A DNA stretch of 64,000 bases, taken from positions 1 through 64,000 of the forward strand of contig CDMY01000104.1 of the NCBI GenBank assembly GCA_001179505.1, in the 5' to 3' direction. Source of the stretch: Vitrella brassicaformis CCMP3155. Lineage: Eukaryota > Protista > Chromerida. Positions 1-12,336 of the stretch are shown in pieces. Position 1 is the stretch's first letter; the number at the start of each line of letters is the position of its first letter. A program made the position numbers and the translations under genes. The notes beneath the pieces were generated by a model. The model was not told the origin of the DNA and made no database searches. It saw nothing but the letters and a program-made list of their open reading frames with translations.

Positions 1-53
1 CTAAACCCTAAGCCCTAAGCCCTAAGCCCTAACCCTAAGCCCTAAAGCCTAAA
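1..53. repeat. Telomeric repeat tract (C-strand; mixed CCCTAAG/CCCTAAA/CCCTAA), telomere-subtelomere junction
   Basis: Window begins ctaaa-ccctaag x3-ccctaa-ccctaag-ccctaaag-cctaaa, i.e. G-strand CTTAGGG/TTTAGGG/TTAGGG variants. Confidence 0.93.
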
Positions 54-99
54 CACATAAATTATTGCTCCTCGTCAGCACTACTATCTTCTGTCTATC

Positions 100-1545
100 T
101 ATATGTTTGGGGGTGGTAGCTTGTGTGTGTCTGTCCGCTGATGGCCACGGCACACAGAGAGTGAGAATGAACGCCTACTGTCATCGGGTAGACAGACGGA
201 CGGACGGCAGAAGAGGACACGTCCACTGCCACTGCCGTTAATAACATAATCAGGCAGACGCCTGTGTGTGTGTCAAATTTTCTGTCTACGAGCATCTCTT
301 TCGACTCTCTGTCGCCACTCTTTAAACCCAAAACACCGACACCACACATGGGCTCATACTCTAAAATTGCCGCGTCCCAGCACTGTCCCACCAAAGATGC
401 TCACAGAACGGCTGCAGGAAAACCACACACCATACCACATACACGACACACCATGTCATACACTCTTCCAAGCGAATGACAGACACAGTCACACGCTGTC
501 ACTCTACGGTGAGGTGCACAGAATGGGATGGATATGAGAATACGACGGCAAATTGTGAGTGTCGGCTAAGCGCAATTTCATTCACTTAACAGAGCGTCAA
601 CACATGTCATTCATGGTGGGTGTCGTGTATCTATGTAAGGCGCTCGATGGCCAGCGCACAAGTGATGATCGACACTATGTAAGGTGACGATAGAACGTCT
701 GACAGTCAGCACACCAACACACGGTGCACACCCACACCAAAGGGAAGCAAATATCGGTCTCACACCAATCAGCGACCCCCACTGTAGCGCACACATACGT
801 CAACCACTCAGTTAGAAGCAACACACATAATCACGCCATCCAGAGTGGCGACGGACAACACACCAAACCGGAAAGATAGACAGGGAATCCACCATCACCA
901 GCCGGCCAGCTACGCAAGAAGTATGTCTGTGTGTCTTTCCTTCTTTGATTGTGTGTGCTGTATGATGTCGGTCTCTCTGTGAGATGCTCGACGGCCACCG
1001 CACACAGAGAGTAAGGATCATCACTCAAAGTGTCAGATGGCCATCAACATTGGGACAGCCAGCACACCGACACACGATGCACATCGACGGGAATCGAAAA
1101 GACCCCTACACACACACTGTACCTCCTTCTCACACACACATAGCAATGCGCCAGCCACCATCCGTCGGCACAGAGAGAGAGACACACACCTACCCCTCCC
1201 CGCAGTAAACAGACAGGCACACACAACATAAACCCACATCAGCCATCCGACCATGCACTCATGTGTGCGCTGTGACGACATGGACAAAGTGCGTGTCCGT
1301 GGGTGCGTAATTATGACATACAGACGCTTGGCAAAGAGACCACATACGACTGCCGTATTTGGTGGGGTGGGTAAGCAGTCGTGGTGTGTGTCCATCCATT
1401 CACTCATTTGCCACCCCCTCTGTGGGCATCTCTGTCGCCACCCGGCACCCCCAAAGCACCGACGCCACACATGGGCTGATACTCTATGGTTGCCGCGCGG
1501 CAGGCAAGATGCCCACACAGGGAGACGGCTGGGAACCCAAACACT
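100..1545. repeat. Degenerate subtelomeric duplicated blocks, no credible ORF
   Basis: ~325-430 (caccgacaccacacatgggctcatactcta..ttgccgcg) resembles ~1445-1545. ~135-185 (gatggccacggcacacagagagtgagaatg) resembles ~985-1025. Confidence 0.5.
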
Positions 1546-2289
1546 CTCTCCAAGCAGTGAAACGGACAGATCAGTGTGTAGGTGTGTGTTGGCCTGCCTG
1601 TCTGTCTGTGAGCCGCCCGTCTGTGACGGATGCACCAACGAGAGATCGACACACTCTCGCGCACAACCCTCGCACAATGGCATCACACAGACAGACGGCA
1701 TCCCAAACACCGCACCACACAGCGATTCTCTGTGCAGCCAATCAGCCAATCGTCCCCTTCTCTGTCTGTCTGTCTGTCATATTTCCCCCGCTCCCCACTC
1801 ACCGGCCGACACACTCATGGCAGCAGACAGACGGCCCACAGGCAAGATCCCACACAGTCCACACAGAGAGATAAGGCCGACGAACACACGACAGCCGTCC
1901 CCTCACACACACAGAGCGACAGACAGACAGAGAGAGGGAGTCCGTCGACTCATCGGCCGATCATCCTGCCTCCCACACACAAATGGATCCACACACACAC
2001 ACACACAGACGAGCAGCACTCAGCGGCAGTGGGGGAGAGGGCCATCGCGCCACTCGACGGCCGCATCGTCACCATCAGCGCGGCGAAGCCATCGGCCACT
2101 CAGCCAGACAGCCACACCTGCACGCACACACACAGACATCTGTGTGTCAGTGACACTCAAATGTGTGATTTAATTTCATGAGGATGGAGCGTACGCATTT
2201 CTCCAAGGCCAGTGGCCGTCCCGCCATGGTTGTCCGTCTGTCTGTCTGTCTGTCTCCACACATCGATGGAATGGATGAGTCAGCGCCCA

Positions 2290-2517
2290 TCAGCCATTCG
2301 AGCTATCTGCCGCCTGTTCAGCACGAATGACGGCAAGCTTCTTCTCATACGCACTATGCACCTGCACAGACAGACCACCCACACAAAGCCAGGACAAAAA
2401 CACCGTCAGTCAGTCAATCAATCCACCATCACCGCTCCGAGCACTTGTCTGCCCACCGGATCTTTGATGTCATCATGCTGCTGGATGGCACTCCTCAGCA
2501 GCTCAATCAACTCACCT

Positions 2518-2551
<34 letters not shown>

Positions 2552-3056
2552 ATCGATGCGATGTGTGCAGGTGCGTGTCGAGGTCCCTCCATCTTCCGCG
2601 TCTGTGCTCTTTCTCTCTCGCCTCTGTCCAGCGCGTGTAGCTGTGCGTCCGTGACGTTGCCGAGCATGCGAGTGTTCGGTGAGCGCCGCCGGCCACTGAC
2701 ACTGACACTGACAGCGGGCGGTCCCTCAGCGCCCTCTCTGCCAACAGCTATAAGGACGGAATACATAAGCAAGAATCGATGAACACATCAAAACACGTGG
2801 CTGTGTCTTTTCCATTCACCTCTGTTGGGCGAGGTGGCATCTGTTCGTGGCCGCTTTGCTTGTGGCTCGGCGCTGGCGCCGTCACTATCTGGCGCAGGGG
2901 CTGCTCGGCGGATGCCTCCTGACCTGCACAACAACCAAGACAATCAAGAAATCGATGATGGAGTGCCGTTCGAGATGCGGACCTGCTTTGGTTTTGTGCT
3001 TCCTTCGGCTCGTCAAAGAGATTCTCGATGCCTAGATCTTCCAACGAATCATCCAT
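2290..3056 (-). CDS. Hypothetical ~140-aa protein, 5 exons (subtelomeric paralog of 32811-33567)
   Basis: GT-AG spliced frame MDDSLEDLGIENLFDEPKEAQNQS / RSGGIRRAAPAPDSDGASAEPQAKRPRTDATSPNR / AVGREGAEG..RMLGNVTDAQLHALDR / GELIELLRSAIQQHDDIKDP / VHSAYEKKLAVIRAEQAADSSNG*. Intact in both copies. Confidence 0.75.
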
Positions 3057-3415
3057 CAGAAGCTCTCTCCTCCAAGCTCTCGCCTCCTCCAAGCTCGCAT
3101 TGCGAGCTGAGGATGCTCAGACGGAGACAAGAGAGAATGAGCAGCAGAGAGGCTCCATAGAACCTACACAGGCTAGTCAGGAGCGGCAGCAGCGAGCTGA
3201 CCGGAAAAGAGCTGAGAGCGAGCTCTTGTTCGGAGAGATCGGGGAGAGAGAGATGTTGTCTGTGTGTCTTGTGTGTCTTGTTTGTTGCATTGCACTGCAG
3301 GTGTGCAAGACTGACTGCTGCCACCGAGTCGCCCGCCTCGTAGCTGACATCCATCGTCCATTGTCTGCCGCTGTACTCGCTCTTCCAGCCCAGCCACTCG
3401 CCACCAACCAAACCA

Positions 3416-4660
3416 ATGCAGCAGCCTTGCCTCTTGGTCCTTGCTGGCCTTCTTGTGAGCGGCTATCTGATGTCCGTTCGTGGTGACCCTGCACCAGCTG
3501 CGGGAAGTGACACCTCGGTGACGACCCCTGCACCAGCTGCAGAAAATGACACCTCGGTGACGACCCCTGCACCAGCTGCAGAAAATGACACTTCGGTGAC
3601 GACCCCTGCACCAGCTGCAGAAAATGACACCTCGGTGACGACCCCTGCACCAGCTGCAGAAAATGACACCTCGGTGACGACCCCTGCACCAGCTGCGGGA
3701 AGTGACACCTCGGTGGCGGCGATTGAGGCGACGGAGGCAGACTTTGACGAACACATCAAGGGGAGTCCCCATGTGCTGGTCATGTTCTACGCGTCATGGT
3801 GTTTACCCTCCCAGCGGATGCTGCCTGTCTTCGACAACGTCACCCAGATCTTGGCTACACACGACCCTGCCGTCAAGCTGATCAAGATCGACTGTGCAGA
3901 CGGCACCTTCGACGGTTGGCTTGACCTCTGCGATGATGATGGCTACCATATCGATAGTGTTCCCACCTTCAAGCTCTTCACAGACGGCAGCGTGAAGGCG
4001 GCCGTCGAGCGGCCGTCAAGATACTGGATGAATGCCACGACTGCGCACGGCGGCAATTACGAGGGCGAGACGGGCGTCAACTTGATTGTCGACTGGGTGG
4101 ACGGGCAGCTGAACAACGTACGCCAAACACACACACAGGTGGATGGACGACCACCGATTGTCTGTCTGTGCGTGTGTCGTGCTGTGTGCAGGTGGATGGT
4201 CACAGCGACAAGGGCGGCAAGGGCGGGAACGGCCTGATGATCGCCGGTAGGTGGTGACCTTGGCTTTGGCACTCTGGAGGCTGACCCGACACACACAGAG
4301 GGAGATGTGTAGAGATGTGGAGGTGTCTGTATGTGTCTGTGTCAGCTATCGTGATATCGTTGGTTTTGTTCGCTTCTTTCATTGGGGCCTGTGTCATGAG
4401 ATACCTTTACTGGTCAGTCAGACAACACAACGGCGAGAATGAATGCACATCATCAACCCATCCCCTCCTCCTACCCTCGCCTGTCTGCCGTGTGGTGGTG
4501 GTGGTTCAGGGTAAGATTGCCGGGTGTGTGTCTGCGTGATGTGTGCAGCAAGGACAGCGCGCGGGGCTCCTGCATGATCCGTCAGCCGATGGCGCGGCAG
4601 GAGGGCTCCCCCAGCAGCCTCTCCACTTCATCATCGCGGCTGCCGTTACAACTGCCCTAG
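3416..4660 (+). CDS. Signal-peptide thioredoxin/PDI-like protein with CXXS site (WCLPS), N-terminal 13-aa glycosylation repeats and a C-terminal TM helix (3' end uncertain)
   Basis: ORF 3416 has a hydrophobic leader, repeats and a Trx fold (FDEHIK..VLVMFYASWCLPSQRMLPVF..VKLIKIDC..VPTFKLF). Spliced exon 4346-4412 gives AIVISLVLFASFIGACVMRYLY. Confidence 0.8.
3488..3716 (+). repeat. Coding tandem repeat, 39 bp x ~6 (PAPAAENDTSVTT)
   Basis: Near-perfect units cctgcaccagctgcagaaaatgacacctcggtgacgacc. Four units carry an N-D-T sequon. Confidence 0.95.
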
Positions 4661-5864
4661 CTATCTATGCCAGCGACGTGACGACACTTATTATTCGACA
4701 ATCTGCATGTTGATCTATCTTCGTGTGGGTGTGCGTGCTGTGCGGTGCGGTGGGTGTCTGTGGGGTGTGGGTATTTTATGCCCGCCCACCTCTCGGCCTC
4801 TCTGCCTGCCTGCCTACCTGTCTGCCTGTCGGCCTTTATGGCGACAGGGCGTGTCATCCATCATGTGTGTGCGGATGTGTACAGTGTCTATCGGATTAAG
4901 ATGACGATCGCTTTGTTATTTGTCCACTACTCACTCACTCGCTCACTCACTCACACTCACCCTACCGCTTATGCGTGCAGTTCAGTTCAGTGCAGGCGCA
5001 TCATGTGGCTGTGTGCGAATGGGTTATCGATCGGCAGCAAGTGCGGGGGGTGCGGTGTGATTTGGTGGATCGGTATGTTCGTCTGCTCTCCTCTCTGGTC
5101 GCTCTGTGGGCTGGTGCGACTGGTCACATCAATCTGGTGGACCAGCGACAGACAGACAGACAGACAGAGGGAGGGAGGGGTTGACCTAGTGGATGGATGA
5201 TCACATGCCGGCCCGTTGAGGGCCGGCCGACCTGTCTGTCCTTCTTATGTCCCAGTCGGTGTTGTTTGTCAATCAACAAAGTCAGTGGGTGGCTGTCGAT
5301 TGTCTGTTGTCTGTTGGGCTGGCTGATTGCATTGCGTGGTTCTGTGTGGATGTGCGGTGTGGGTGGGCTGATTAGTTGTGCAGACACGTGCAGAGAGAGA
5401 TAGAAGACTACAGACACATTCGTACGTCAACGAAGATTCGTTGTATACACAGACGGAACGTATGTACTTCCACAGACGAATGAGTGACATGAATCACTCA
5501 CTCATGTCATTCGATTAGCCTGAAGGGTGTCCACGTGTGCAATGAGAGAATTATACAATCGTACCGCTACACCCCGCTCAGCTCAACAGAGAGAATGTTC
5601 GCTTCGCGACACCGTCGAATCGAGCAGGCCAATATAATATGTATCTGTCTCCACAGATTATCTACACACTGATCGATCGACTGCATTCGTCTCCCTGTGG
5701 GTGCAGCGTGACAGAGGGTACCTGAGCAGAGGTACACGTGTGACACTGTGTGAACATACAAAAACATATACTGACGCACCAAAATTGTCAAAACGGTATA
5801 GATGCAGTGTGAATGTGTCAGTGTCGATCACCCACACGCCATGCAAACACTGCCCCCGCAACAA

Positions 5865-8325
5865 TCAGCTGACTTCCATCGCAACCGGGCCTAACCTGCG
5901 AAGACAAAGACGTAGACATTGGCTGCCATGGACAAATATGTGTGTGTCCGTGTGTATTCCCTCACTCACCTGCTGATCTGCGCGGCAGGTGAGTCGATCT
6001 TCTCACGCAGACCGACTGTATGGATCGCATACTGTGAGGGCTTTATGACCTTGACAGGAGAGGGCGAGGGCATCGAGGGCGTCGGCTGCACAAACAGGCA
6101 TATACGTGTGAGCGCATGATGCGCACACACATGGTGTCGTGTGTGCGTCTGTGTACGTACCTGTCTTGTCTCGTCAGTGAAGAGGTGTTTGGTCAGCTCA
6201 TAAGTGCCAAGCAGCACAGCGCACGACGGCATGATCTTCAAGCATCGCGGCACTACCCCAACCCAGAATGCCCTGTAGCCGCCCTCCTTGTAGATGTCTT
6301 TCATCCTGCAACACATACACAGAAACGCCGCACAGACACCATCAGCCACACCTGCATGCGTCTGTGGACATCCATTTCTCCCCTGTGTGTGTGTGTGTGG
6401 TAGCCGCTGACATGTTAACTGTGCCCTTGGAGATGCGGATCTTGTTGCCGCGCATGGTGGAGTGCCGCCCGATCACCTGCACACATCATCACCATCCATC
6501 CATGGATGCACACCCACTCCCACACCCACTCCCTCCGGAACGAACCGACCTGCAGTCGTGTCTTGACCACGTCGAATCTACACACAGGCAGATAGTAGAA
6601 AGATGCATTCATTCATTCATGGCTCCCACCCATCTCTCATGGACAGATGAGATGGATGGATGGATGCTTACGGGTGTGTCACAGCACTGGCCACAAGAGC
6701 ACTCAGACCACCGTTGACGAATGGGTAGAGGAAGCCCCTCACCACGGGATGCCGCTCCTCCACACGATCGTCCAACCTGCATTGGTTTCATTGATGCGAT
6801 CGATGCACACACACACACACATGTGTGTGCATGGCATGGGCGGGTCGATGGCTCACGTAACTTACAAGCGTATGAGGCCTTTGCCTCTCTCGTAGAGGTC
6901 CCAGTAGATGGCGGAGAAGGGCACGTCTCTAACCAGAGTGGGGAACACGCCTCGCCACATGCTGATCGATGGATGCACATATGCATACACACGCCACATG
7001 ACGAATGAATGAATGTGTGTGGATGGGATGGACGGGTCGATGTGCGTGTGTGTGTGTGGCAGGTATGTATGTAGGTACCTGTAGAGGCCCTCTGTTTGGA
7101 CGGCTTCCTTGACCAGGCCGAACCCAGTCTTGCCCATACCCATCTCGACCTACACACAGACAGACACGCACACCATACATACAGAGAGATAAAAGGGTTT
7201 AGGAGGAGTGTCACTACAGTCCAGATGCCTCCCTTTCCCATCGCTTAGCACACTCACTTGCCGCCGAGTGCGCATATACTCGAACGGTGCGACGACAAAC
7301 ACGACCGTACTCCTGGCTTGAACGCCTACACCACAGAACATACATACAAGCACACAGAGCACACACACACGCCGCGCCCATCCATGGACAGACACAGCAC
7401 ACACCATGATATTGCGTGTGTGAGTTCGGGTCGTGCGTACCTGCGATTGCTGGCCCCCTGTGTGATTAACACAGACACAGACACAGACACACAGGGAAAC
7501 GTATGCACTCTTGTCTGTTTTTCTGTTCGTCTGTCTGTCTTCCCACCAGTTCTTCTTCCATCGCTGAACAACACACACACACACACACACACACACGGGA
7601 GAAATGGCGGTGACTTGTCCGCATTGCCCCTTTCTGGCTCACTGACTTCATAAAGTCCGAAGAAGATGAGGTTGGCGGGCAGGATGACGGCCAGTGTGGG
7701 GGTCAGTCCTGTCCAGAAGCCCAGCAGCCCACGGTTTTTATAGACGTCTTGCAAGACACGATACGGTCTGCCACAGAATGGACCACCACCCAAGATGCAA
7801 TCGTGTGTGCGGTCGTCGTGTGTGTGCGTGTCAGCGCACTGACTTGACATTGAGTCGGTTGACGAGGTTGGTGGAGCCCTGAGTGTAGTTCTTGACCACA
7901 TCAAACGGCGTGCATATCACTGAAACCAGCACACCTGTTGACATGGACGCACACACACACACACACACACGCACACACAGAGAGAGAGAGAGTGAATGTG
8001 TGCGCTGGGCGTCAGTGCGTGCCCCTCTCCCTCCCTCCCTCGGTCAGTGTGTGCGTATGTGTGTCCCTCCCTCCCTACCGCTGGTCACGCTGGACAGCAG
8101 GAGGTGTGAGTGGTCCATCTTGGGCTCCAGTGGATCCGGCTGCGCACACATAACACACACACACACAGGGCAAAAAGTTCGGTGATGCTCATGCTTTTGT
8201 TTGCAAACATACAAGGCAACACACATCGAGGGCGCCGTCCGTGTGCGCATCTGATCTGCCTGTCCGCCTGCCCATATGCACGCTCCCACCTTGTCTTGAG
8301 GGACGTTACGGTACCGAGCCGGCAT
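5865..8325 (-). CDS. Mitochondrial carrier (SLC25A39/40-MTM1-like), multi-exon
   Basis: Three PX[DE]XX[KR] motifs (TPFDVVK, APFEYMR, FDVVKTRLQ), plus FWTGLTPTL..LPANLIFFGLYE, WRGVFPTLVRDVPFSAIYW and FWVGVVPRCLKIMPSCAVLLGTYE. Confidence 0.88.
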
Positions 8326-8501
8326 CAACAATCTCTACAGATCAGCACCTCAGCATTCGGCAACTAACATCGCCGTCCATCACTTCACTCGTACACAGAA
8401 CCAAACGCCAGCTTCAGGGGTATTCCGTGAAACCGTGCACTTGAGAGGCTTTGTGTCCCGATATTGCCATCAATCAATCACTCGTGCGTTGAGATTTGGA
8501 C

Positions 8502-9607
8502 ATGATGACCGCCGAGATTATGCGAGAGGTAGGTATGACACACATACCCACCGCAGATCTATCTATCTACTCACGGATGGATGGATGGATGGCTCATTGC
8601 ATGTGCATCACATCATGCTGTGTGCTACGTGTGTGTGCATTTGTATGCAGCTGTGTGCTCTCTATCACGGAAGCGGCGGTGACACCACCGACTCAGATCC
8701 CTCAGCCCAGGATAACCAAATGGCACTCGCAGCCATCGGTACGGCACACATCCATCCATACACAACACGCACGCAAACACAGACCTGTCTGTCTGTCTGT
8801 CTTTTTGTGCGTGTGTGTATGCGATACACACGGGTGGATGAGTGGAGTGCAGGCCGCCGTGTGGGTGTGGGTGTGTCACTGCCGTTTCGCGAGAGGGCCA
8901 TGGTCATGGTTCTCGGGAACATTTCGGCAGGCAAGTCGACGTTGATCAACTGGCTGATCGGCGAGCCCATTCAGAAGACCGGCATGGGCATCGGTGTGTC
9001 AGTACAGACAGACACTCACCCGACCATCCATCCAGCACACTAATTTGATGTGTGTGGTCTGGTGTATGTTCGTTCAGAAACGAGGCACTTCGCCATTGTC
9101 ACCAAGTATGCACCGAATGAATGACCTCTTCTCTGTTTGTGTCGTGTACGTACGTATCTGTGGAGATGTGTGTGTTGCGTCGCATGTGTGTGTGTCTGCA
9201 GGGGTGTGCGTACGTCGTCAGAGCTTGCCGGCGTGTCGACCGTCGAGCTGTTCCCCCAACTCAGACACATCGCCGACAAACATCCAGGTGCGGTGCGCGT
9301 GTGATGGGATGGATGGACGGGTCACATGTGATGTGCAGTGCACTCATTGGTATGATTGGTGCAGGTTTCACTGACGCGCTCATCTGCCGCACCTGCCCGT
9401 CTGAAAGGCAAGCACTTCAGAGGAAGATCACACACACGGACACATACACACACACACATGGATGGATGAGTATATCTCTCTCTCTGTCACTCTGTGTGTA
9501 TTTGTGTGTATGTGTGTATGGATGTAGTCTATCCCTGGTGGATTTCATCGACACGCCGGGACTCACAGATGGCGATGTGGACGTGAGAGCGCATTAATTG
9601 CAGCACA

Positions 9608-9646
<39 letters not shown>

Positions 9647-12069
9647 TGATACGTACACATATGAAAGCATTGCATTTGTATGTGGCTCTCTCTTGTGTTA
9701 ACGTTAGTATGGTTATGACATCGACGGCGTGCTGGACGAGCTGGCACACCAAGTTGACCTCATCCTCGGTACACACACAGACCCACACACCCACACACAC
9801 AGAGCAAGAGGGGGGAGGGAGAAAGGCATCCAGGATGCACAGACATATACACACATTTGTGTGCGTACTGTACAGTGATGCTGGATCCCGTCACACAAGC
9901 CCTCAACAAGTAAGTACACACACAACCATAGCCTGCCTGACGCACGCACATGAGCGTGACTGTGTGGGGCGGCGATTTGTGTGTTTTGTGCATTCATCCG
10001 TGGATGGGATGCACTCAGGCGGACACTCAGTGTGGTGCAGAGGATCCACAAGAGCGTACCCAACAAGGACAAGTCAACACACACACACACACACAGCAGC
10101 CAACACACATGCGTTCATCGATATGTAGGCTGCGGTTTCTGCTGAGCAAAGTGGACGAAATGCCGACAGAAGAGGAGAGAATCAAGGTGAGTGAGTCAGT
10201 GCATCATGAGCTTTCCTTGTGCACCCACATTTCCCATTCCCTCGTGTGCGCGTCTCTCTGTGTGTGTGGTCATATTGATTGATAGGTGTTATGTCAGACG
10301 ACCCAGATGCTAACGAGCAAAATAGACACCGGGTGGGTGGGTTGACTTGTGTGCGGACGAAGCATTCTCCTCTCATTCATTCTGTGTATGTATGTTATGT
10401 GCATATGATTGTGCGTATGTCTGCAGCTATGCCTTCGATCTGATGCCCATCTATATCCCTGGTGCCAAAGGTACGGACACACACACACACAGAAAGCATG
10501 CACACGTGTGTTGGCAGACAAACGCCCTCTCTCTCTCTCTCTCGGTCTGTCTCTGTCTCTGTGAGCACCAGATTCCACATACTTGCTGTCGTCGCACATG
10601 TCGCCCAATTCATCGCCGCTCACCGTCACCACCAAATCGTACGGACCCTACTCAAGAAACATCCAGGCCCATATACAGACACACTTTATTTACTTTGCAG
10701 GTCGTTCAACGACGACCAGCCCACTACGCAATACGCCGCGACTGCCAGCGGCGCATACACATCACAGATAGCCAACCGAATCCAGGCACATTGGCACACT
10801 CTCTGACACACACAGACACGCACATCCATCCCTCCCTCCCTCTCTACGCGTCTCCCTCAACGTGTATTGTATGCATCAATCCTGATATCAGGATTTGCAC
10901 TCAGAGATAATGCACACGATCGACCGGCGCGTGCAGACCGCTTTGCACAGTTGCAAACAGGACACAGAGACCATGATACACAAGACAAAAGAGTACCCAC
11001 TCAACTTATGGATATTCGTACACACGCCCAAGTGGCTTTACATGCTCTCTCGTGTGCATGTGTCTGTCGTGTGTGTGTGTAGGCAGCAATCGGCCGACAA
11101 GGCCCGGCGGGCCTACAACAAACGCGCAAATGTGACAGGTATGTGTGTGGGAGTGTGTGTGTTGGCAGACCCACACACAGACCTTGTCTGCTTCCCTGTG
11201 TGTGTGCAGATCGGTATTACGTCTTTGCGTACGTCGCGTGTGCGTTGCTGCTGTCGGTGGTGGCAATCTGCACATCGGCCAGCCTGCAGGACATGTGCAT
11301 CCGAATGCTGCCCAGGTGTGTAAACACTTACACACACAGCCCGCCACACGCACCCATCCACATGTGCTTGTGTGCAGCTCACGAGTGTATATTGAGCAGA
11401 TGAACACCATCGGCACACACATGCAGACCGGTTCGCTCACACACAGAGGGAGAGGCACCCATCCATGGCTGTCTGTTGTCTGTCTGTCTGTCTGTCTGCC
11501 TGTCTGCACACACGCAGTTGCTCATCTTGAGAGCGGTCTGAAGCTGGTGTTTGCGGCAATCGCTCTGATCTCTTTTCTGGCACACCTGCTGTCTTCTCGT
11601 CAGAAAGTCCTCACTGTATCGGAGATCTCTGTGCTTGAGGTACCACCAAGCAGATGCGTGTGCGCTCATCGATTTCTGTGTGTGAATGTGCAGGAGTACC
11701 TGTCGTTTCTGTATGGCTGCAAAGTCAAGTGCGCACAGCTGACCAAGGCATACACACACCGGCAGCAGGAACAAGACAGCACCCAACACAACGGTACACA
11801 CACATAGACACACACATGGCTGACTGGCTGGGTGCAGTGCAGTGCACGACACGAACGGGTTTGTGTGTGCGTGTGTACATTGATTGATTGATTGACTGAA
11901 GCCATGTCAGCACAGCAGCAGCCAATCGTCAATAATCCCGCAGCCAGCGCGTCGCAGCAGGTGAGGTGAACCAGCATGGGACCGCACCCACTGCTGCATG
12001 GTGCATCCATCCATGTTTGTGTGGATCTTTCAGGTGACCCCCGCACGTGTGATGGACGCCTGGGCGTAG
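8502..12069 (+). CDS. Dynamin/EHD-like P-loop GTPase with two C-terminal TM segments, multi-exon
   Basis: Exons encode VMVLGNISAGKSTLINWLIG (G1), LVDFIDTPGL (G3) and LRFLLSKVDE (G4), then hydrophobic YYVFAYVACALLLSVVAI and LKLVFAAIALISFLAHLL. Confidence 0.8.
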
Positions 12070-12336
12070 ACAGGCCAGAGATGACAGACAGACAGACAGA
12101 CAGATAGATCGGCTCTGTGTACGTACATACATACATTCGTACATACATGTACAGACAACTTAAGAGAATGTGCTGTTGAGTTCACAATGCTGCTTATCGA
12201 TGGCCAACGTTGAAACGCTTTCGTGGGTCAATCACACACCAGACCTTGCAGTCAGCAACCAATGCATCCCCAACCCCCCTATGCACAGACAAAGCGCTAC
12301 AAAACGTCAGTCAACACCCGTCAGCCGGCCAGCTCT

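Larger units (their letters stand above)
2165..5400. repeat. Segmental duplication, inverted copy of ~30620-33695
   Basis: Exons, introns, intergenic DNA and UTRs match the reverse complement of 30.6-33.7 kb, except for a divergent stretch at ~4200-5030. Confidence 0.9.

Noticed and set aside
499-512. 14-nt match CACTCTACGGTGAG to U2 stem-loop IV near the telomere
   Set aside because: Isolated short match with no other U2 features; compatible with chance.
2000-2110. RRM-like peptide RAIAPLDGRIVTISAAKP on the plus strand
   Set aside because: Only a short similarity, with no RNP1/RNP2 motifs or consistent exon chain.
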